Source of the DNA: Octopus vulgaris | Taxonomy: Eukaryota | Direction of reading: 5' to 3' | Length of the DNA: 64,000 nucleotides | Assembly (NCBI GenBank): GCA_951406725.2 | Contig: OX597836.1 | Location: forward strand, 7,998,001 to 8,062,000 | In this document: positions 54,546 to 64,000 of the stretch, in pieces | Numbering within the stretch: position 1 is the stretch's first letter | Layout: each line of letters begins with the position of its first letter | The notes under the pieces: generated by a model | The model's input: only the letters and a program-made list of their open reading frames with translations | Databases searched by the model: none | What the model was told of the DNA's origin: nothing | Program-made: the position numbers and the translations under genes

Positions 54546-55178
54546 TATATATATTTCCAGCAAATTGGCCCAGCTCTTAGACTGCTCAACACATACCTAG
54601 TTGCATTTGTTTTCATTCCTTTCACTGAGTCTAAAAGTAGCTGAAGTCAAATTTGCTTTTAATCCTTTCAGAGTTGATGAAATAAAGCCCAAAGCATTGA
54701 AACTGGCAGTAGCGTTCAAATAAGAAGAGATACCTCTCAGTGCATGTTCCAGCTCTTTGCATTCTAAGTTCTTGGGTGGTAGACTTTATCTGTCGCTTCG
54801 TTTAATGTCACCCCTTGATCCAGGACGAAGGTGAAAGGGGAGAGAGAGCTCTGTGCAGAGTTCACTTTGTTGGAAGAAATTGAGTCAGTTCTCCTTCAAT
54901 TTAAAGGATAACTCGCCCTTTCTTCCACCCACCTGCTCCAGTTGTCATGTGAACTGCTTCCATGCTGGAAGACACATCCATTTACGCCAGCATAGAGAAA
55001 CACATGTAAAAAAAATTATACACACACTCATACGTACATACACAGATATAAACAACAGAGCTGAGAGAAAATAGACATAGGGTCTCACATATGTAATATA
55101 GGGAGTTGTAAACCTTTGAATTAACCGAGATTACGTCTACAATCAGTGGCAAAAGAAATCCTCTGCGCACTTAAAATG

Positions 55179-55239
<61 letters not shown>

Positions 55240-55725
55240 AAGGGAAGTAACTCTAATAATGTCAACATGGTGAATATTTTTAATATGTATTGTGAGTGTA
55301 TATAAACGTGATTTTTCATTTTACGTTTGACACAATTTAGTGTACACGAGCGCACGCACACATACATACACACACGTAATGTGTGTGAGAGAGAGAGAGA
55401 CTATGAAGTTCATTTAATTATGGAGCTACATGTACACACACACTTCGCAAGTGTTTTTAGTACTTTTATACTCCCACATATAAAACCACAACACACACAT
55501 ATACACACATCGTGTTCTTAACGCCTCTTTCAGTACAAACGCACTAACACAAGTGCTCTCTCTATCTGAAAGTGTAGAGTGAGTGAGCGAGTATATAGGT
55601 CATTAAATATATACACATGCACATTGTATATATAAATAAATATATATAATGTAAGGAATATGTGCAGTATTTTTTGGGGTCTTTTAAAAATTTCGTTTAA
55701 CCACAACTAAAGCCTTGTTGTGATA

Positions 55726-55767
55726 CTATCTATCGATCTATCTATCGATCTATCTATCGATCTATCT
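55726..55767. repeat. 12-bp tandem repeat (ctatctatcgat) x3.5
   Basis: Read directly; a higher-order derivative of (TATC)n. Confidence 0.85.
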
Positions 55768-56032
55768 CTGTGATATTCAAGAAAACTTGTAACCACTGCT
55801 GAAGTAAGCTCCAATGCTGCTGTTGCTGCTGCTTCTTCTGCCATTTAATAACTAATCCACCACCACCAAAAACAGAAAGAAACAAAACCCAGTAAGGTGT
55901 GAGTTAAGGGTACGTTTGGTTGTTATTTCTGGCAAGTCGAGCAATTAGAGAGAAGCTTTTCCGCTTGTTCACTAAGCTCGGTTCGTAAATTAAACTGCGT
56001 TAATTACATATTCCCAAAACACACAAATATAA

Positions 56033-56418
56033 GGCGCAACCGTGGCTATATAGTAAGATACTTGCTTCTCAGCCACACGGTTCCGGGTTCAGTCCCACTG
56101 CGTGAAACCTGCATGTTTTCTACAATAGCCTCAGGCTGACTAAAGCCTGGAGTGGATTTGGTAGACGGAAACTTAAAGAGGCCCGTCGTATATGTATGTA
56201 TATATATATATATATATGTGCGTGTGTCTTTCTGTTTGTGCTTGTTCCCCACCACTGCTTGACAACCAGTGTTAGTGTGTTTGCATCCCCGTAACTTAGA
56301 AGAGACTGATAGAATAAGTACCAGGCTTAAAAGGTAAGTACTGAGGTCGATCCATTCGACTAAAAATTCAAAGTGTGCCCCAGCATGGCCGCAACCTAAT
56401 GACTGAAACAAGTAAAGA
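56033..56418 (+). mobile_element. SINE family A, near full-length
   Basis: ggcgca..ccacacggttccgggttcagtcccactgcgtg..ccagcatggccgca..gactgaaacaagtaaaga. Confidence 0.85.
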
Positions 56419-56754
56419 TAACACACATATAGTCACATTCTTAGATACAAAGTGACCACCACCTAAGACATCGATGAGTCAGGAAGCCTGTGCGTGGTAG
56501 CTCAACTAGAAATAACCCCTTAAATTACACCCTTCAACCTTTTAACAGACAAAGTGGGCAGAATTGGAACGTCTGATCAACGGTCCTCTCGATAGCAGTC
56601 AAATAAAACGATCCACACAATCACACCTAGAGTCTTCTGAAGCTTTGGAAGATGGGATGGTCATATGCTGGAAAGTCTTTGATCAAAGGTCAGCTGGATC
56701 AGGAGTGAGTCGAGGCCAAGGAACAACATTACTACTGCTATTAACATAAGACAA

Positions 56755-58710
56755 CGCGTTGGCGGAATCGTTAGAGCGTCGGGGAAAATATTTAGCGACG
56801 TTTATCGAAGGTCATCGAATCCGCCTTCCGTCCTTCCTGGATCGGCAAGATGTAATACCTGTCAAGTACTGAATCGGATGTATCCGAATAAGCCCTCCTC
56901 TCAAAAATTGCTGGCCTTGTGCTTAAATTAGAAACCATATACTATACTGACTTGATTACAACGAACTTTTTAATGCAGAATCCCTGCAATTTTAAGGGGT
57001 GGGGTTAGTCGGCATTATTGACGCCAGTACTTGACTGATATTTCAATTTAACGACCTTGAAAGGATGAAAGGACTCAGCCAGGATTTGAACTCAAAGCAT
57101 TAAGAGTTAGAAGAAAAACATTTTGTCCGACACGCGAACTGTTCCGCTAACATGCCACCTTAATGATAATTGCTTCTTACATAAGAGCAAGGCCTGAAAT
57201 TTTAGCCGTAGAAGGGAGAGAGTGAATAGTCAATAACTTCGACACCATCAGTTGATTGGTTGATAAGGATGTTAAAGATTCTGCTATTCTACGGCCTTTA
57301 ATAATAATAATAAAAAGAGGATTAGTTTATTACATCGACCACAGTGCTCGACTAGAATTTAATTTATCGACCCCGAAAGGATAAACAGGCAAAGTCGATC
57401 TTGGCAGAATTTGAACTCAGAACGGGAAAACAGAAGAGCGACAGACGAAGCATAAAAACCAACTCAACGAGACATCCCAAACAGGGAAACGCACATAACT
57501 ACCCAGGGTTGCGATCGAAGAATCGCGCAGATCCTAGATAATAGTAATGGCGCCTTAGCTGATCGATTACCCGGGTCTCCATGGTTGTAAGTGACTGAAA
57601 TCTCATCGTTCCTCTTGAATAGGACGGTGGTCCGTCGCTGGGTTAACCTCCCATCTATTGCTGGAAGTCATTTGCAGCAACGTGGAACGAAAAAGTGTTG
57701 CTCGGGGACACAACGCACCGTCCGATCCAAGAAGCAAAAACATGATCTAATAACCCGAGGCGCGCAAACACTATCCACTCGATCATCAGCCTTTCAACAA
57801 TGGCAACGAGGTCATAAACGGACAGAGGCAACATTTGACAGGTACGTACTTCATCGGCTCCATTCACTCCTACCTCCAAAAGGATGAAAACCGAAGTTGA
57901 CTCCGATGGAATTCGAATTCGAAACAAGAGAGAGGGAAGGAGGGGAGAGAGAGAAAGAGAGGTTTATTATTATCTGCTACAACCACCTTTGCCATGCAAG
58001 AAATTTGGTAGGAGAGGATGAGGATAGTCATTCAAACTAGGCCTCAGTACATGACTGGTACTGCATTTTTATTGCCTCCTAAACGAAAGGAATGAAAGCT
58101 GAAGTTTAACTACGTATTCCGAACTGCTAAGTTTACAGGAACATAAACAACCCAACGCCAGTTGTCGCCCGATAGGGGCGAAAAACACAACCACAATGAT
58201 AGATACGCATACAGTGTTCGCCAACCAAATTCACACACTAGACGTTGGTTGGTCCCGGAGCTATAGAAGACACTCGCCCAAGGTGCCGTGCAAGAAGGTG
58301 GGGGGACTGAACTCGAAGAAACCACGTGGATGCAAAGAGATCTTCACCACACAGCCATGCCTGCATCAGAGAGAGAGAGAGAGAGAGAGACTTAGACGAG
58401 TACATCGACCCAGTTCTTGACAAGTACTCTATTTGTCGATCTCGAAGAGACGAAAGATAAAATCTGACTTCAAACCAGAGTTGAACTTAGAACGTAGAGG
58501 ATCCAATTTTCCGACACTAACTACTCTGACAATCCACCACCTCAATAATAATAATAATAATAATTAAAAATTTCTAGTTGACGACCCCAGAGAGGCGGAT
58601 GAAAAGTAAAGGTGACCTCGGTAGGATTTGAACTCGGAACCCAACCGAGCTGGAACAAATACCGCAAGGCATTTATTGTTCTGCGCTTTAACGACTCTAC
58701 CTATCCACCA
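56755..58710. mobile_element. Dense cluster of diverged SINEs (mostly family B, plus A and E fragments)
   Basis: Repeated tttatcgaccccgaaaggat..aaagtcga..tttgaactc motifs, mostly minus strand, one plus copy at ~56755-56935. Confidence 0.75.
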
Positions 58711-58772
58711 TCATAGATAGCAGTAGTAAAAACCAGCAAAATTTACTTCCTTAGTCCTACTTCATGGAGTGT

Positions 58773-58812
<40 letters not shown>

Positions 58813-58905
58813 TGTTGACAGTCAAAATCTTTTTATTTTTTATCCCGTTTAAACCAGGACACTTAAAGGAATAGTAAAAATCTTCAGTTATTGTTCTACT
58901 TTGTG

Positions 58906-58964
<59 letters not shown>

Positions 58965-61900
58965 GTGTGTGTATGTGTGAGAGCGTGTGTGTTCGTTGAC
59001 ATTCAAACAAAATGTTTGTTTTTCCAATTTCCGCAGCTAAAGTACAAACCACCTAGCGTAAGTACATGTGTGTGTAGGTAAATGTACATGTGGGTACATG
59101 TACGTGTATACGTTGGGTAAATGCGTGTGTGTGTGTATCTGACTGCTGTAAACAACAATAGCATAACAAGTGCTTTAGGTTTAAAGCACCACTAACTGCT
59201 AGCCTTGCACGTGGCTTCATATAAATATACACAGCGCACAAACACACACACGTATACATACATATACGTATACACAAACAGCAGAAATTACTTGTGATAT
59301 TAGTGGAGCAAAAGAGGACGGTCATGGAAGTTTTAGTTACGTATTTAGTAGTAGTAGTAGTGAGAGTGGTCGTAGTACTGGTGGTGGTGATAGTAGTAGT
59401 AGTAGTAATAGTAGTAGTTGGCAAGTGTCCAAGTGGTTTAGTTGGCCATTAACCAACCTTAAAATAAAAGAACGAAACAAAATACTAATGATGATGATGG
59501 TGATGGTGATGATGATCCTGATCATGACGACAACGGTGGTGATAAAAACCAAAACAATCTACACCACCACCATCTCCTCCGCCTCCTCCTTCTCCGGTAG
59601 GTGTGCTGGTGTGTGTGGTGTAGTTTAGTGATGTGTAATAGTATAGTACTGTGCTGTTGTGTGTGTGGTATAAACTTAATTGAGTGCAACGTAATAACAA
59701 CCAGAAAAATTTCTAACATTAGCACAAGGCCACACATGGTGGAGTGAGGGAGAGATTTGAGAGGAGAATGGGGCGGAGACGGTTACATTTTACTCCTCAG
59801 GATGGCTCTATCTGGTCGGTTACTCGACCTACTAGAAACAACAGCCACATCATCAGCCTCACCACTACCACCATCATCGTTATTGTTTAACGTCCACCTT
59901 TTCATGCCTGCAAGGGCGAGACGGAATTTGTTGAGGCAGATTTTCTACAGCCGGATACCCCACCTATCTGTCCTCAGGCGAAGTAATAAGAATTATTTCC
60001 CCATACTAGACATGTTCACAGAAGAGTGGAACGAACAACATAACTGTGTGGTGGTGAAACTCGTTTACAACCATCACGTGATATCAAGACAAGAGTACAG
60101 ACACACACACACACGACAGACTTCTACTAGTGGCCATCTACCAAATCCACCAACAAAGCTTTGGTTGGCTTGGGTTATTGAAGACACTTGTCCAAGGTAC
60201 CATGCAGTGGGATTGAACCAGGACAGCTTTGATGCCAGGTGTGCGCATGCTTGATTAAGGATGGCCCATGACTAAACAACAGGTACTAATTTTATTGACC
60301 ACAATGGGATTTGAACCTACAACTGGGTAACTAAATTCCACTAGACATTAATGTTCTACCTTCTTTAGAAACTACACCACTTTGATTGCAATGGCACAGA
60401 TAAGAGGTTTACAGTTTCAGTACAGGGTGCCATCATTATTATCATCCTCATTTAGTGTCAATAATCTATGCTGGCATAGGTTGGATGGTTCAACAAGATC
60501 CGGCAGGCCACAGGACCCTGCCAATCTCCAATGTCTGTTTTGGCATGGTTTCTATGGTTGGATGCCAACTGAACCTATTCACAAATAACTGATGCATAAT
60601 GCTTTTATCAACCCTAACAGATAACAGGTAAGAGTGATCTAAACGAGATTTGGATTCAAATCTGTAGAATATTACATGGCATCGCTAAGCAAAAACGAAG
60701 AAGTTGGCAGGAATGGTGAGGGTTTATAAACGCCCAAATGATGAAAACATGGATAGCTACTTGTGTGTGGGCACATATCTAAACACTTGCTTCTGTATGC
60801 ATTTGTGTGTTTATACACACACACACACACAGCTCAGTATGTCAGTATATGAACGTGCCTGAAAAGTGTTGATGTCAACTTGAAGCATGTGAGTAATGGC
60901 CTCAGTATTAATAGCAGCTCAGAATTTTATTAAAGTGCTCTTCTCATCTCTTGAGGATTGCATTTTTGTCAATGAGGGTGGACCTATCAGAACTAAGCAG
61001 GGGTGATGTTCTGGAAGACTGTGGCTTATACATGGCTTTCAGCATACTTCTGTATCTCATCCGCCTTATTCCTGAACCAGGAATCCTTCATCTCTTAGAG
61101 CTTTACACACACACAGACTGATGATGAAGGCCAGCAGACTAAAGTTACTAGCCTTCGTCAATCACTGTGACTGTTTCTTGTAAAAAGTTTAATAAACATG
61201 TACTCTACTAAAAAGTATTGAGTAATCCTTCAGTTTAACATTTGTTTTTATATAGAACTTGATTTCCCCACAGTCAGATATGTTTGCACAGATTAGAAAC
61301 TAAGACCAGAAACACACATGCTTATTTAGCATATTTGTTTCAATCATTCATCAGCAGCCATGCCGAAACACATTGCTTTCTTGTAGTTGTTTGAATGTTT
61401 ATGATGACTGCATCACCCTTTGTATATCTGTTGATAACTGTACGTCCTAATCCAAGATGTGGTGTAGCTTTGGGACATGTAAATATTGGGGAAGGGGTCA
61501 GATATTACTCCACAGGTGACTATGTGGTCAAAAAGCTTGCTTCTTAATCATACTACTCTTGGGTTCAGTCTCACTGCATAACACTTTGGGCAAGTGTCAT
61601 GTTTTAGCCCTGGGTCAAGCAAAACCTTGTGAATAGATTTCATAGATGGAAATTGAAAGAACTTCGTCATGTATGTGTGTGCATTTATGTGTACCTGTGT
61701 TTTGCCATCATATGTTGGTTGTAAACGAGCATTACCTATTTCTTTATTACCCACAAGGGGCTAAACAAGGACAGACATAGGTATTAAGTCGATTACACCG
61801 ACCGTTTACCATCATACAAGTGATGTTTGTTTCCAGTGTTCTGTGAGAAAACATGTCTGGCTTTGATGAAATATCACCTGGCTCGGAAATAGGTATGGGA

Positions 61901-63498
61901 TGGTAATGGGAAAGTCAACCAGCTGTAAAAAAATCTGCCTCGACAAATTCCATAACCCATGCAAGCATGGAGAAGTGGACACTAGGTGATGATGTGTACA
62001 GTTTTTCTGAAATGGATGACACTGGAACTCAAAAAGCATAACATCAAGACAAGGAGACAAAGCATTCACATACACAATGGGCTTCTTGCAGTTTCCATTC
62101 ACCAAATCTATTCACAAACCTTACGTGGCCAGTGAAATTAAATTTTCAAAAAAAAAAAAAAAAAAACTTCAATCAGGAAGTGAGATACATCCACTGAAAT
62201 AATAAGTCTTTCGCTAACTAAATAAATGTTTCTGATTCAGGCACAAGGCCAGCAATTTCAAGGGAAGTGAGTTAGTAACAACGACAACAGTACTAAACAG
62301 GTACTTTTATTTTATCGACCCTACTGATCCTGGAAGGCCGAAAGGTAAAAGTTGACTTCAGCCACATTTGAACAGGGAATGTAATGACCCAGAAGAATAA
62401 CTGCAAGACATTTCTTCTGATGCCCTAATGAATTTGCTGCTTGCAAACCCTATCTTTTTTAAATAATGGAATGGAAAAGCTTATATGTTGAATTGTATGA
62501 CTTTCATATGATCAACTTTTGAAATAATCAGGGTCCATGTAGGATCCTGATGTAACAATTTATGTACATCATAAAATATTTTTTAAACATCAAGTGGCTA
62601 CAAGGATCCACTCAAGTAAAATGGGAATTGAAAGGGGTCCATAGGTGGAAAATGGATGAGAAACACTGGTTTAAATGACACTTATTACACAGGCTAGTAC
62701 ACAAAGGAACTTACAGAATAATGCTTCAAAGTCTCATTCAAACCATTCCAGCATGGAAAAAGCAGATAAAAAACAATTATGATACACACATGCATATATA
62801 TATATAAATATACATACACACACACACACATCTATATTATCATCCACCGTCCATGTTCCATGCTGGCATAAGTAGGATGGTTTAACGGTATCTGATAGGC
62901 CCAAAAACAGCATCATGCTCCAGTGCCTGCTTTGACATGGTCTCTATGCCTGAAAACCCTTTCTAATGCCAACCATTTTACAGCATGCACTAGTTACTTT
63001 TTTCATGCCTTCAGCACTAATGAGGTGGCCATGCATCTTGCAACAGGACACCTTTATGCTAGGAGATGAAAGGGAGGAGTATGAGAGAAGAGGCCAGACA
63101 AAAGCAGGTTCCTTGTTGTAGAGGATCTACATGGCTACTTAGAACGTAGAAGAGAAGGTGGGAATGATTGCGTGACATTTTAGAAGAGAGGGTGGGAATA
63201 ATTGAGTAACATGGGAAAGTGATAATAAATTAGTGATGAGGTGTCAGGAAAGACATTGGAAGTACACAGGTCGGTGTTTACATTCCTGAGTCTGCACTTT
63301 CAAAGAAGTAGAATAAAAACTTAATTGTTAAATGGGAAAGGGTTGACAACAGAAAGACCATCTGACTGTAAAAATACTGCTTCAAATAAGTACTCATCTA
63401 ACCCAAACCAGCATAGAAATATGGATGTACAATGAACACACAATTTAATATTCACACACACGCATACACAAGTATACATACATACATGCATGCATGTA

Positions 63499-63897
63499 CC
63501 TTTTACTTGTTTCAGTCATTAGACTGCAGCCATGCTATGGCATTGCCTTGAATGAAACGAACTGATCCCAGGATGTACTTTTTGAAAGCCTGGTACTTAT
63601 TCTATCAGTCTAGCAATTTTGCCAAACTTCTAAGTTATGGGGATGTTAACACACCAACAAAGCTGACAAACAGTGGGGGACAAACACAGACACTAAAACA
63701 CACATACGTGTGTGTGTGTGTGTGTGTATATATATATGCACACACACGATGGGCTTCTTTTAGTTTGCGTCTACCAAATTCACTCACAAGGCCTTTGGTC
63801 GAACCAAGGCTGCAGTAGAAGACATTTGCCAAAGGTACCACTCAGTGGGACTGAACCCAGAACCATATGCTTGGGAAGCAAACTTCTTACTACACAG
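63499..63897 (-). mobile_element. SINE family A copy
   Basis: ttttacttgtttcagtcatt..agtgggactgaacccagaacc; further copies at ~7260-7620, 9295-9985, 22218-22525, 39855-40200 and 42030-42375. Confidence 0.85.
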
Positions 63898-64000
63898 ATG
63901 ATAAAATATATGTTGCAACTAGTATACATACTAACATAGATTACACTATAATAATCAGTAGCTTTATATTCAGTGCACATTATTTTGCGTACTAAATTAC

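Noticed and set aside
56033-56110. tRNA-like heads at many positions
   Set aside because: They continue into SINE bodies and do not form complete cloverleaves.
59757-60254. 165-aa ORF
   Set aside because: Antisense read-through of a family A SINE with an RTE-type tail.

Overview
This is AT-rich animal genomic DNA, not prokaryotic. The SINE repertoire and dense (TA)n/(CA)n/(GA)n/(GATA)n microsatellites point to an octopus or other cephalopod (inference). Nearly all ORFs in the track are microsatellite or SINE artefacts. The one well-supported host coding feature is a 324-nt phase-1/phase-1 exon on the minus strand (26170-26493) encoding the first Ig domain of a DCC/neogenin/protogenin-family receptor, so most of the window is probably very large introns plus upstream sequence of that gene. 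Mobile DNA includes a decayed Tc1 transposon with perfect 27-bp TIRs, piggyBac-type (TTAA), hAT-type (8-bp TSD) and pogo/Tigger-type (TA) MITEs, at least four SINE families and LINE fragments. The most notable non-obvious signals are a minimal type I hammerhead ribozyme with an intact core at 30718-30762 (Penelope-type), a ~62-bp duplicated element that matches no SINE here, a tRNA-Glu pseudogene, a polybasic loop in the Ig domain and alternating CpG-poor and CpG-retaining domains. Everything was read by eye; no searches were run and SINE/LINE boundaries are approximate. I found no evidence of a novel multi-gene system.
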